A model generated the notes under the pieces. That model was given only the letters and a program-made list of their open reading frames with translations. It had not been told where the DNA came from and ran no database searches. 64,000 nt of DNA from Octopus vulgaris (lineage: Eukaryota): contig OX597833.1 of NCBI GenBank assembly GCA_951406725.2, positions 34,348,001-34,412,000 of the forward strand. Direction: 5' to 3'. A program made the position numbers and the translations under genes. Positions within the stretch are counted from its first letter, which is position 1. Every line of letters begins with the position of its first letter. This document shows, piece by piece, positions 47,991 through 61,719 of this stretch.

Positions 47991-50900
47991 GAAATTAGAT
48001 ATTCATCGAATGGAAGCTGTTTTAATAAATTTAAATATATCCCATCAACATTAAGAGAATGTTAAATAGACATCCATTCTGGCATGTTTCGTTACCAAGA
48101 AAAAAAAAGTCTTATCTATGCTTTTGACTGATTTATTGTATCTTTGTATTTTGCTGATAATCTTAGAATATAGATGAACGCATTTAAAGGCTTAATACAT
48201 TTAGTCTGCTAAGGTTTTGAAATTGCCTTTTTTCAGATTTTTTTTTTTTTCTGTATCTAGATCGCTAATATTGGTTTTATTCTTACTAGGCGTAATAATG
48301 CCGAATATATTAGAGGAAATGAAAATTGAGATGTGATTTTCACGCATTTCCCCACATGAATCAAGAATTGAAATTGCGTCGTGGTTTCGACATGCTTGAA
48401 TTTTTTTTATTTGCTATACGACATTCGCCAGTCCTCACAGGACTAACGATCATCATCAAGTAACCTGTATAAAAATTACTTGTTCATAAGTACTATTAGT
48501 CACATGTTACCCTTGATTTAGTAAGTCCATGATAAAAGCTGTGACCATCCTGCTTTTTTTAAAGGGGCTATGTCTCCCTTGGTTCACGTAAACTTTTTTG
48601 GCAAGTTTCATAAGACACATTAAGAAAAGAATTTAATTTTTAACCAATATAGCGTGTAATTTAACCAATTTAGTTCATTGTTTCATTCACCCACCATGTA
48701 TTATATTACCCAGGGATGTCGTCTGTACACAGTCATATCCACATAACTCAATGAAATCAGAGCTAGGCAAAATTGGGATTACGAGAAACATTTATATCGC
48801 AGAAGAGGGTTCTATGGAAGAGGAAAAGCTGAAAAAATTAAATTTGATATTCAGAAAGTAACACGGAGATGTCTGTTTATATTGAATGTAACATAAATTC
48901 AACAATGAATTAACTACTTAGATTTTCTACGTAAATTAATAGAATTTAAGAACCCAGTTGAGACAGAAAAGAGACACACCCTCTGATGGGATAGACAGAC
49001 TCTTCCAGGCAATAAATATGTGGTTTGAATTTCATTAGTGAACCTGTTTTCTCGTCTTTTTTTTCTCAAACTGGTGCAAAATTCTGTCCGTCCATCCGAG
49101 ACCCCTGTATCTCAGTTTACATTTGCTCTACATAGATATATGTTAAGTTTTTGGAGTCAGAATGAGTCTGGGATTGGAAACCTGCCCTTCATTTGGTTCT
49201 TGAACATCCAGCATTGGGATCATGTTTGGATGAGGATTTGTTATATGCTAACAGTTGAAAATTCAAATTCAAAAAGAACTCAAAAAATTTGTAAATTTTC
49301 AAGTTTTTCGTTTAATACCATATTGGTAGGATACCAATAAATGCTTTATTATTATTATTACTCTCTTTAGTTTTGGGCCGCAGACCCAGTTAGCATTCAC
49401 AGGAGTGACCTCAAAAGTCTGCACAGAGTGCATCATTTAAGCTAATAACATAAAATTAAATCAAACAAGTTCAGAGAATTAAGGAACTATTGCACTGTCA
49501 TGGTCAGTTTTTCCACAAGATGAATAGTTTGTTTTTTCAAATGATATATTTTGTTTTAGATAGATGTACTATCTTTGCTATAACAACAGTAAAGCAAATT
49601 ATATGTGATTGCTGGTGTACAACAGTTCATTTTACCTTTGATGCACAGGTACCCACCACAAAATGGATACATGCTCCACCACAAGATATTCCCAACATAA
49701 ATGTTCAATAAGATACACAGTTTAGAATAAGTTGGAAGAATTAAGCATAAATTTGTAGGGTAGGGTCAGGTCGGCCTGGATGCAGTTACCTTATTCTGAG
49801 GAGCAGAAGCTGTTATTGTAGTGACAGAATATATAGGATTAGGGAACACATTTAATATGTTATAAATGAAAGCCTTGAATAAAATACTTATGGTATTTAT
49901 CAAAATTCCATAAGGTTTTGAGTTCAAATCCTACTATGGTCAACTAATCACCCTCTAGGGTTGATAAAATAAAGTACTAGTCAAGTTCTGTGGTCACTAT
50001 ATGTACTTGTATATTGTTGGCTTGTACATGTACTTGTATATTGTTGGCTGTTTCTTATGCCTTGAGACTTTCATTTTCTCTTTCTTGAAGAAAATATCAC
50101 CAGGAAAAAATGGCATAGATTTATTTCCACTGATGGAAGTGACCCACAGACTATGATTTCAGGGCCATCCTATGCAGCACATGTAGAATAAGACAACTAA
50201 TATCAGGTGATAGAACTGCAATGGACTGACACTGATTAGGTTTTAGGCTAAAATGGCACATTCATAGCCATTCTGTTTAGAGTTACATTCATAGCCACTC
50301 TGTTTAGTGTTGCATTCTTCCAGTTCAAAATTTTTGCATATTTATCATTATTGTTAAATACGTTGACTTGTTCTGCCATTGAGATCTGGAGTAGTTATAT
50401 GTGCATATAGAATATAATCATTAGATATACAGTATATATATTGTTTTTGCATTGATGCTGGTGTAGCTTAGACATGTGTGAAGTACACTCTCATCACTTC
50501 ATCTTTATATCTTAGGTTCTCAATGTAATATTTAACTTCCACTGTTATCTCATTTTCACTTAACACTTATCTGTTTGCATGAAATGCCTACACCAGTGCA
50601 GCCACCTCTCTTATAGAGGTGTTGCCTTGATTATCCAGTTTGTTTATGCTCTACCTTTCTTTAATATTAATGTGTTGCACAATCAGTGGATCATATACAA
50701 TTTATTTCTTTTGACCTTCCATATGCAACATAGTAGCCTCTAAACAATCACTCAACCTGCTAGAAATAGCAACCAGATTTCTTAAAATCATACCCTTGCA
50801 TCTTATAAAAGAATACACTGGACAGTGTGATCCAGAGTATACAATGCACTTCTTGAAAAATGAATAGATGGTCATGGCCAGAATATTTTTGATCATAGGC

Positions 50901-52021
50901 CCACTCAATCAGGGTTAAACAGCAACTATAGTTCTGCCAAACTTAATGTCCATATGTCATTACCATGTAAGATCAGATTACTTGTATACCCTTCAGATAT
51001 TCATTTTATATGTGAATGTATGTATTTAGCTTTATTCTGAAATAGTTTGGAGGCTAAAATTTCCAAGAGAGAACATACAAGTCTAACAATCAAAGGAACT
51101 TAAACTAAGTTTTGTCTTGATCAGTAGAAAAATTCACCTGTAAATTTGTTGTTGACTATGATTTAAAGAATCATCTTGGAGCAATAATGTGGGTTTAAGA
51201 TGTCAAATTAATTGGATGATGTAGTTGTTTTGTATTTCCAAATCATTTCTTACTGAACAGATCTATGATTAAAATCATTTCAGTTGTGTGCCCTCCCATC
51301 TTTTCCCTGTATGCAAATAACTTAGGATTAGTGTGTCCTTTTTGTAAGATGGTGGAATGTGATTTGAAAGATTTGGCTGCTATCTCTGGCAGGTCATGCA
51401 ATCATATAAAGGCTTCCCTATTGACTTGTTGATAATTTGGTCTAGCAGTTAGGTAGGTGGCTTAATGCCTTGAGTACATCTTGTCAGAGAAATGCATGTG
51501 TAACAAAGCATTTAATAGACTAGACTTCTCATCTGGGGGGAGATATTATCACTTACTGTTTAACTCTTCCATAACAATATTTCTTATGAAATACTCTGTG
51601 TATTCCAATTAGTTTTTGAAAATAAGTTTTTCGATGGGTTTTATTACCAAACTGTTGTTATTAAAGTTACATGTTTTGTATCATAGAACCAACATCAGTA
51701 TTGAAAGGGAACCTGGATATACTGCCTGTTTTTGCATTTCTAATAGAGTCAGTATGTCTTATTTACTTAATCTACTGAATATTGGGGTTGTTCAAATCTT
51801 GTTTTTCAGCAGATCAACATAAAGAAAAAAAATTAAAGGTATTGTATGAATATATGCATTTTACATAATAAATTGAATAAAGAAAAATTAACATCAACTG
51901 AAGGATTTTTTTATTTTCTGAGAAAACGTACACACACACACATGCACAAACAAAATAGTTAAGAGAAATTACCTTGGCATTCTGCATGCACATACAATAT
52001 AGATTCCTTTTTATATAATAT

Positions 52022-52886
52022 ATAACTGAAAAGTTCATAGGCTGACCAAGATACTCTCATGGATTATGACCAAATGAGGTTCATTTTGAGCAAGTTGGTA
52101 TAGTACTCTCCTTTGATGGTGTGGTCCTTTTTAAGATAGTCAATAAACACAATGAAATGACCTTGGCCTCCTTTGGAGCAATTGAGGAAGAATGTTTTCA
52201 ATGAATGGACTGTCTCTTTCTCTTTGGCTCAATGTGATGATGCCAACACTCATCCTGGTTAGGAAACATTCAAGGAAACCAGCTGGATCTGCCTAAAACA
52301 ATGTCAGATTTTGTTGTGATGTGATCAGCCTGGTGCACATTTTGATCAGGTGTCGGCTGTGGCATTTGCCAAGCAGAAACCTCCATCATGTCATATTTAT
52401 TGGGCAGAATATTCTCAACTCTCACACAGGACATGCTAATAGTATTGGCTACTTGATTTATTATCAATTGCTTGTCATCCATCACCATATGGTGAACACA
52501 ATGTTTTCTTCAGTGGTAGCAGTTGCAGGACGTCCAGATGTTGGGTCATCTTCAAGACTATCTTTATCCATCCTAAATTCAGCTGCCCTCTTTTTTACTG
52601 TTGATAAAGCTAGAGTGTCATCCCCTAATGTAGCAACCATGTCAGCATGAATGTCCTTGGGAACTAGACCCTTTTCTGGAGGTTCTTGATAATACCACAA
52701 TACAAAATTTTGTCCATTTTTCAAGAGAAATTGCTACTAGTTACTTTTGAAGTCTTCCTTGAATTGTCAGGTCTCAGCTTACCTGGAAAGAAACAATGCA
52801 GTTATTAATAAGAGGGGTTGAAATTAATGTATGCAAGATTTCAAAGTTTTAACATCATTCCTATGAACTTTTCAGCCCACCCTGGT
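52022..52886 (-). mobile_element. Mariner deletion derivative
   Basis: KDIHADMVATLGD..LSTVKKRAAEFR..SLEDDPTSGRPATA; inverted ends CTGAAAAGTTCATAGG / CCTATGAACTTTTCAG. Confidence 0.8.
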
Positions 52887-54337
52887 AGTATAATGTTGAT
52901 TTACTAAGATCTTTACAATGAGAAGGCAAAAGCTCCCAGAGGTTGTTTTAAAATGGGGAGATAACTTTAATATGAGCTATTCCAAATTTTAGGAAAATTT
53001 TTTAAAATGCAGTCAGGAGTGGATCTTGTCTTTAAGCCAACTGGCAAAAGCAACAGACATGCTTTGATCTTGTGAGATCTCATCAACAGTAAAACATGTG
53101 GGTTTGTGTGTGAGCACTTATAAATACATACATACACACACACACATAATCATTATTGTTTTAATGGCTACTTTTCTGTGCTTGCTTAGAAAGAGTATAT
53201 AAGGAAGAGATTTCTATGGCCAGATGCTCTTCCTGATGCCAACACTCACCTGTTTCCAAGTTAAGAAATGCTCTTTCAGTCTATAAACAACTTGGACATG
53301 TTTACATGGAGAACTGAAAACAAAATGACACCAAAATGAGTGTTTTGTTTACAATGGTTGGGTAACATGCTTTTTTAGTGGACTACAAACAGATGACATT
53401 GTTAATGAAGCCATTGTTTACAAACCAATGAATGAACACATGTATAAACTTCAGAAATACAAACTCACTCTCACAAACACACATATACATGATGAACTTC
53501 TTTCAGTTTGCATCTATCAATTCCACTAACAAGGCTTTGGTTGACCTGAGACTATAAGATGCTATGCAGTGGTTGGGAAATGAACTTCTTAACAACACAG
53601 CAATATATATATATATATATACATACATATGGATAACTTGTGCAAGTGTCTTCTAATACAGTCCCAGGTCAGTCAAATCCTTGTGTGTGGATTTTATAGA
53701 CATAACCTGAAGCAAGCCCATCATGAGCCAAGCACTCTAACCACTTCTCCACGTGTCTTCACTAATGTTCTTTACCATTCTACCTATCCACCACCAGAAT
53801 ATTGCTAACACATCAAGAGCAAAAAGTGCCAATATATAATTTGGTGAAATATTGACCTCTTCCTATTAAAATGTCAATGTGTAGAAGAAAATACTATATA
53901 TTACTCTGACATCTTCACAAATAATACTGCAATATGGTACATGTGATTTAATTACTTCACCAGTGCAGTAGCTCTTTCCATCAACTGCATTCTCCAAATA
54001 TATTTGAACATCCAAAAATAGAAATAACTACAAACATTACATTGGTGAACCATGACAAAACCTGTAGGAATGGTTGAAAGCTTTACAATTTCTGTCTTAC
54101 AGAGAGAAACTCCATATCATTTGTTACTCGGTTCTAATAGTAATTTCTTCCTACCAACACATTCCAAAAATCCTCATTAACTAAAATGCAAGCCTCCTGA
54201 GGCATATTAAATGGCATAGACAATGTGACCAGTTAAGATCTCTTTTCCATAAACTTTTTCTCATCCTGCTTGTTTGTAGTGAACTATATACTTAGATGTA
54301 TAAAACCTTCAAGTAAAAATTTTGTAATCATTTAGGT

Positions 54338-54644
54338 CAGCGATTCTCAACAATTTCTTATCTATGAACCCCTTTTATTACTATTTTTTTTTTATTTTGG
54401 TGGATCCCCATAACCATTTGATGTTTAGAGACTTCTTTCCAAATTCCTATTTTGTTTTTCATACATTAACTTGTGTAGGTTGAACTATATAAAACAGAGA
54501 ATGAAACCCAGCTGTTTCTTGCAATGAATACATCTAAATCAAAATTTTTTGTGGACTCTTAAAGTACTACTTCGGACCCCCTATATACAATTTTGTGAGC
54601 ATGAACCCCAAAAATTTTACATGGACCCCAGTTGAAAACCAGTG
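54338..54644. mobile_element. hAT-type MITE
   Basis: CAGCGATTCTCAAC...GTTGAAAACCAGTG with degenerate 8-bp TSD ATTTAGGT/ATTTAGAC. Confidence 0.6.
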
Positions 54645-56799
54645 ATTTAGACATTACATTAAGTTTCATTCCTATATATTTTTCTCTCTTACTTTTCTTT
54701 GATAAGGTGTAATCCAAAACATTAACTGCTTTTCCATTTATTTTCATTGTGCACTGAGTGTCTTGTTTTATTTCTCTACACGTTTCCCACCACATGTTTT
54801 ACTTGTTTAATTTCATATTTTATTTATTGTTTGTCTCCTCTTTACCTACACTCTTCCTGGTTTTTTATTTTTGAGTTTTTAACTATCATTATCATCATGT
54901 TAACATCCGTTTTCCATACTGGCATGGGTTGGATGGTTTAACTGGAGCTGGTAAGGCCAGGAGCCACACCAGGCTTCATTGTCTATTCTGGCATAGTTTC
55001 TATAGTTGGATGCCCTTCCTAATGCCAACCACTCCACAGTGTACTGCATTCTTTTTATGTGGTACCAGCACTGGTATCAGTTCTGCTATGGCAGATGGGT
55101 ATTCTTAAGTACAGCAACGTACCAGATATCTTGGTCCTTTGGCATCTCCTTTGTAAGGCTCAGTGTCTTGAGATCGGCCTTCAATACTTTGTCCTATATA
55201 TATATAAAACATGAAGGAATATGGATTTGAAATCTGGGCAGATACCTTATGAGCAATCTGATACAATTGCTTCACCCACCTGTACAGGTAACACTTTGAA
55301 TTATGCTGCATAGGATTGTCAACCTTTAGATTCGAATGTGTTGTTATATAAATCAACTAAATGTGCATAAGTGCTATATCAAAGGACATTTATCCAGCAA
55401 AAACACGTGTTAGAGTGGAGTATGAAGAAAATACTTTAATTAATAAACTTGGAATTAACAGACAGTAGCTGACCAAAAGAAGCACAGGAGCTTTTAAAGA
55501 TGCATTCTGGGGCATTTGCCCAAACAAAACTCTGTGTGTGTATGTATGTTTATATATACACACACCTTGCATAGCATTGACTCACTATAGCATTCTTTTC
55601 AGTTGGACAATAGTGAGTGAGACTCATGGAAATTTCACAGTTTATAAAATTTTCTGTTATTCTGATGCATAAATTTATATACCTTCATAGTATTGTTTCA
55701 TTAGGTTGAATATATTTATGATAATGAGCTCGACATTGGCTAAAAATTATTGAGAAAAAAAGACTTATTTATTTTGATATTGTATCATAGGACCACCAGA
55801 TTTGTTTCTGACATGTTCTTGAGTGAATATTCTTCAAATTAATTAACTATTCTTCATTCTTGTTTTATATTCATTTCCTTTCTTGAAGTTCTTCATGACA
55901 CTCTGTCTGCTGTGCTTCACCATACTTCTCCCCCTCTCTTTCTCTCAGTTGTCACATATAATCATCTCACTGTTCACCATCCATTTTCTCTCTACATATC
56001 TGTTGAATTTCTCTTCCATGCTGAAGGTACCATGTACATTAGTGTTCAGTATATTAATACTTTCCTGTTGGTTTTTTTTAAAAAACTTTCTCTACTTATA
56101 GTTTTTGTCTTTCTTGCTTTTTGCCTCTATTGTCTCATCCTTTTTCTTGTGACCTCAAGTCTTCTTTATTGTCTTATAGTAAATGTTATTTAAATGCAAA
56201 GTGAAAATTGTGTTGCTGCAAAACATTTGTAGAAGTGTAAAAATATAATAGAAGATTAGACTTATTGTTATTCCAGGGAATTAAAATGGGTGAAAATGTT
56301 TTTGTGAAATATGTGACTGATTTCCTAGAGTTTTTCTTGAAAATGAAATTATGGAGGGATGTAAGAAACTATTGTAGCAAACAATAAGATTTGGATAAGT
56401 TGAATATGTGATGTATACAATGGTTTTTATAACCTTGGGTAAGCTCCAGAGACAAAGTGGTCTTTCTTGTGTTGAAAACAAACTACTGCAAACACATGAT
56501 TGGACAGTTAGTAATTGACCAATATATGCAACTAGTTTGGCAACCCACTTGATCATGTGACTAAATGGAAAGAAGAGGTCTGGTGAGCCCATTCTGCAGT
56601 GTTTAAGCTTAAACAACCAAACATAAAAGCATTACACATTTCTTCAACCAATCTTCTCTGGTTTTCATCATTACCACAACAGACAGCAGACCACATCAAC
56701 AGACCCAGCAGAACTGAAGTCATTTAAATCTTTGTTCCAGACATTATTCTCTTACATTCACATCTTTCACATGATTTTTACTCATCATGAGTGGAAAAT

Positions 56800-57400
56800 A
56801 ACCTGCAATTCTAAATGCTGAAAATCATCTAAACTGTCAAAAGCATCATACTAGATGTGAAATTGCAAGTGTTGAAGCGATTGGAAATTTGCAAGCATCA
56901 GGCATATAATGGGCCACTTCAGCTGTTATAACCATCATGAAGAACTTGGACAACAATTATTAGCAAAGATGACCCATTAAAAGTTTTTCTTTTTTTCTTT
57001 GAAAGATGTTGACTATATTGGTGGACAACAAAATACAATGAAACATTAATAGAAAAAGCAAGTAGCATTTTCAGGCACTTACAAGAAGGAGAATTTAGAA
57101 GCATTCACTGCTATTAGAGGTTAGACCGATAGATCCAGAGGCATAACTAGCACAGCATCTGCATCTGGCGAAGCTGCAAATACAGAGAACCAGACAGCCA
57201 AAGAATGTCTCGCCAGGCTTTTTAAGTGTATCATGAAACATGATCAGAGAAGCATGCACTAACTTTCTGGAATTTGAAGATCAAAATAATTCCAGCAGTC
57301 ACCAATAAGATTGTAAAGTCACATGGTTTATCTATTGAAGAAGTAGAACAGTAACATTTCCAAAATGGGTCTGAAGACCAGTGTAGAGTCAGTAACACCA
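56800..57400 (+). mobile_element. Degraded pogo/Tigger transposase remnant
   Basis: IEKASSIF..., FTAIRG*TDR (cf. ASRGWFDRF), SGEAAN. Confidence 0.5.
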
Positions 57401-58374
57401 AGAAGAATTGTTCCCCAATTACTGTCACTAAGATTACAGAAATTGCAGGCCTAATACCTGAGAATAACCCTACCTAGGAACACAGCAGCAAAGTGAGGAG
57501 GCCTGTTCTGGACATGATACCCTGTTTCTGCAAACAGAGAAGATTCAAGAAAACAAAGACAACATTAAATATTCTTCAAAATGTGCCTGGGTCTTGTCTC
57601 AAATATAGCACCTTCCATGCTTTTTCACACTGCTGCTTTTCAAGTGAATTTATGGCAAGTAGGTCTATGTACTTGTTAAAGTTGATTAATTTGACCTGTT
57701 GAATTTTTAACAGCATTAAATCAAATTTTACTAATTTTATCGTAACTTTAGATCACACTGAGGTTATCTAAAGCTATTTGGAAGGTGTGGCAGTGTGACA
57801 CTGGATTCTCTAGATTTTTTAACACTTTATTTTCATATCACTGTTAGGAATAGTCTATCAAGCTTGTCTCTGTTTATATTATGTTAATGACCTCATTTAG
57901 TGCTACATTTTTTAGGAATGTATCAACCAGATTATTACTGTATATGTGTAAGTGCCAGCAAGGCTGTGTGGTTAAGAAGTTTGGTTCTCAACCATGTGGT
58001 TTTTGGTTCAGTCCCACTGGAAAGGGCCTGCTTCTGTAACTGTTACGAAAACCATATGAGTGGATTTGGTTGATGGAAACTTAAAAGAAGCCCATATATA
58101 TGTGTGTAGATAGATAACTAGATGTGTGTGCATGTAATTATATGAATGAAGTGTATATATGCATTTGAAGTGCAATACCTTCAGCTGGAACCCTAACAGT
58201 ATGTACATGTGGTATTTTAGAAGAGTAAAAATTCCATACTTCTGCAATTTATATATCTGTTAAATTTACACCATGGATAATATAGTGTGAAGAGACATAG
58301 CTGAAAGTTGACTGCATGTGGAATCAGGTTTAAGCATTAGTTGATTTCAATAGAAAAAGTATTTAATAAATATA

Positions 58375-58752
58375 GTGCAGGTGTGGCTGTGTGATAAGAA
58401 GCTTGCTTCCCAACCACATTTCTGGGCTCAATTCCACTGTGTGGCACTTTAGTCATGTGTCTTCTACTACAGCCTAGGGCTGACCAAAGATTTGTGAGTG
58501 GATTTGGTAGACAAAAACTGAAAGAAGCCTGTCATATATATATATGTGTGTGTGTATATCTGTGTTTGTCCCTCCACCAATGCTGGTGTGTTTACGTTCC
58601 CATAACTTAGTGGTTTGGCAAGAGACTGATAGAATAAGTACCAGGCTTTAAAAAAAATAAGTAATGGAGTTGATACATTTGACTAAAAATTCTAGAAGGC
58701 AGTGCCCCAGCATGGCTGCAGTCTAATGACTGAGACCAGTAAAAGATAAAAG
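58375..58752 (+). mobile_element. tRNA-derived SINE (family A)
   Basis: Same head, core and tail as 35944; further partial copies at ~57960-58095 and ~63760-63965. Confidence 0.8.
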
Positions 58753-59999
58753 ATAGGATGTACATGTAATATTTGACAAAGATAAAGTGGACAATCAAAT
58801 GCTTCATAACAATTGAGAATGTGTTGGATTTTCACTGTGTGAGATGTGAATTTGAAAGACACTTAGATAAGTTAGAGGTAGACATTTTATTCGTAGACAT
58901 GCACATAATCTGGAATGCTCATCATGTCTATAAACATGTAACGTAAATGTGTGTGTCTTCATTTGACATCCATTTTTTTTGTGCTGGCATGGGTTAGATG
59001 GTTTGACAAGATTCAACAGGTCAGAGGTCGACATTAAATTCCAGTATCTATTTCAGCATAATTTCTGGATGATTTTATTTATGCAGAGTGCACTGGGTGT
59101 GTTTATCATTGCACCAGCACTAGTGAGGTTGCCAAGTAAATTGCAAGACAGAAAATGATCCCTCAGTGGAGTGAAGTTAGAGTAGAGAGGGAGGTGGCTT
59201 TATGCCAGGTGTTGAGAGGTTAAAGTATGATAGAGGGATAGACACAAGAGTCTTACTATAGAGGAGATACATATCTACCTTACACTATAAAAGGGTGGGA
59301 AGGAGTAATGATAGTAGTGATGAGGTGTCCATGTAAAGAGTCAAAGAAATGAGTATAAGAGAGAATACGGACAAGATTGTGAAGTGGGGGGTAAGTTCAT
59401 TAGAGTGACAGATGGTTAGACAGAGATAGAGGTGAATGGAACAAGAGTGGAGGTATGGTCAATAGTAAATATCAGTACAGGGTGGAAAGTGAAAGAAATA
59501 GAGGCTCGGGAAGGTGATAAGTGGCAGTCCTGGAAGGGTGGAGAACACCCATTTAATAAACCTGTAGATGAGTCAGAAAATAGGAAGACAATTGGGTGTA
59601 GCAAATGTCAGAGGTATGTAGAGATGGCTGTAGTGAGTGGGAGTAGGCTATTAATAGCAAATATGAGGGAATGATAGTAGGAAAGAAAGTGTTGAAGATG
59701 AGGTATAGCAGCTAAGATGTAGCTCAGAGAAGAGGGAGAGTTAATTGGAAATACAAAATGGAGCAATCAGTGGGAAGGGATGATATTGAGAATGAGCAAT
59801 AGATTTTGGAAGAGTGGGGAAATAACTGGTAGTACAAAGGGAAGATATTCTGCTCTCAACTGAACAGTGCTGTAGGTAGAAGAGTAGAGGGATAGGTGTT
59901 AGGAAGGTAAGAAATTGGGAAGAGTGCAGGGGGTAGGGTCCAGTGAATATGCAGATATATGCTTTTAGGACCTTGAGAAGGTCTTCTTAAGTGCAGTGA

Positions 60000-61490
60000 A
60001 TTGCCAATCATCTTGATCCTTTGTTGTCTCCTCCATGAAGCCAAACATCTTGAGTTCAGCCTTCCCTACTTCATCATATGTCTTTCTGTTTCCCTCTTCC
60101 ACAAGTTCTATCTACATTTAGCAATTAGTACTTCTTTATACAGCTGTTCTCATTCATACATACCAGCACAGTCTTCTCTCTTGCACATTGCTTCTGATTC
60201 CTCTTATGGTCAATTTTTCTCTCAACACCTTAGCACTTTGTCATACATGAACATTGATGTTTCACAGCCAACTATCTTAATTCCTTTCTAGTCTTTGCAT
60301 ATCTTCTACATTCAGGGCCCCGTGTCTCATAATCATGTAGCATGTTGTTTGCACACAAGTATCTACAATCTGCCTTTCACTCTATGAGAGACCATGTTTT
60401 ATCAACAGAAGTAACAGCTTGCAGAACTTTCTTAATACTGTTCATATTCTTGCAACTATACTTTCAAAACATCCTGACTTACTGTTAATTAGGTGACCTA
60501 AGAACAGAAATTAGCTACTACCTTTGGAGAAGCTCTTGAGCATTTGAGAGCCATATACAAAGTCTAGTTTTTCTGAGATTCCACTGCACCTTTGTGTCTG
60601 CAGCTTGCATTGAGTACACTATATGAAATTTCTATCTACACCTTTCCAACATATTGAGCAGGGTCATTTTCCTAAAGGGAGTAGAGACCTGTCTATTTTC
60701 TTATCACTAGAAATTTTGGTCCTAGCTAAATTAACTTTAAGGTCCTTTGATTTCAGGTCTTGCTTCTACATCAAGAATTTCTTTTCTAATTCTACCACAT
60801 ATTCTGTTTTAGGAATAAGGTCATCAGCATATAGTAGTTCCCGAGGGCAACTAGTCTTAAATTTCTCTCGTGGCTGGGAAGGCTGTGTTAAATAGAAGAC
60901 TGAGATCTGAACCCCAGTGAACTCCTACTCATACTCTAAATTTGTTGCTAACTCTCAGTTCACTAATAGCACTCCTGTACATGGCTCTTAAGCTATTTGT
61001 CTAACCCTAGCTCTCACAGGAACCAATAGATCACAAGAAGCACCCCATCAGAATCACTAATTGCAATACCATTTTCCAACAGTACATACTGCTCATCCAC
61101 AAATCTGCTTTCTCTCTGATAGCCCATCTTTGCTATAAGAAACACTTCACATTACAGAGCATTTGCAAACCTCTTACATTCTGCTTCTCCCTTTGCAATG
61201 TACACCTGATATAATTATTTGCTGCCTCCTTTTCCAGTCTTTCCAAGCCTGCCTCTTTAATGATTGTCCACCACCACATTATCTTTGGTCTGACGAACTT
61301 TGCACCAGCCACAGGTTTGTCTGTCACTCAGTAGGTTATCTCAAAAGACATCCAGTCCTCTATCTCCTTCTCAACAAATACTTCAACTACTACCTCAATT
61401 TCTGACTGTTCAATGGACCTTTAAGTTTCCATATCTTCCTTTTCCAGACTGGTTTGTGTCTGAGCCCTTTTAGCTCTATGTCTGAACTCA
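60000..61490 (-). mobile_element. Older RTE LINE fragments
   Basis: Minus strand CPRELLYADDL, LKVNLART, IMWWW motifs with many stops. Confidence 0.7.
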
Positions 61491-61719
61491 CTAGTCACTA
61501 CCTTGTTATTTCATATTCAGACTCATGTCCTGAACAGAACAAAACTTGTATGGTAGTGGTATAGATGGCCACTGTTCAATAACATCATCCTAAAGAACAT
61601 GCAATTGAGCAGAAGTTCTTTGAGATAGAGCACTCTCAGAAGGAATGTGACTCGATGCACTCATACATCAAATGAGTGTCTTCCACACCTGAAACTTCTC
61701 TAGTTCTAATAGTGACTCA

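Noticed and set aside
49371-49430. Possible plus-strand exon after TCTCTTTAG (FWAADPVSIHRSDLKSLHR)
   Set aside because: No convincing donor or homology; it looks more like a DNA-transposon end (minus strand CACTCTGTGC...)
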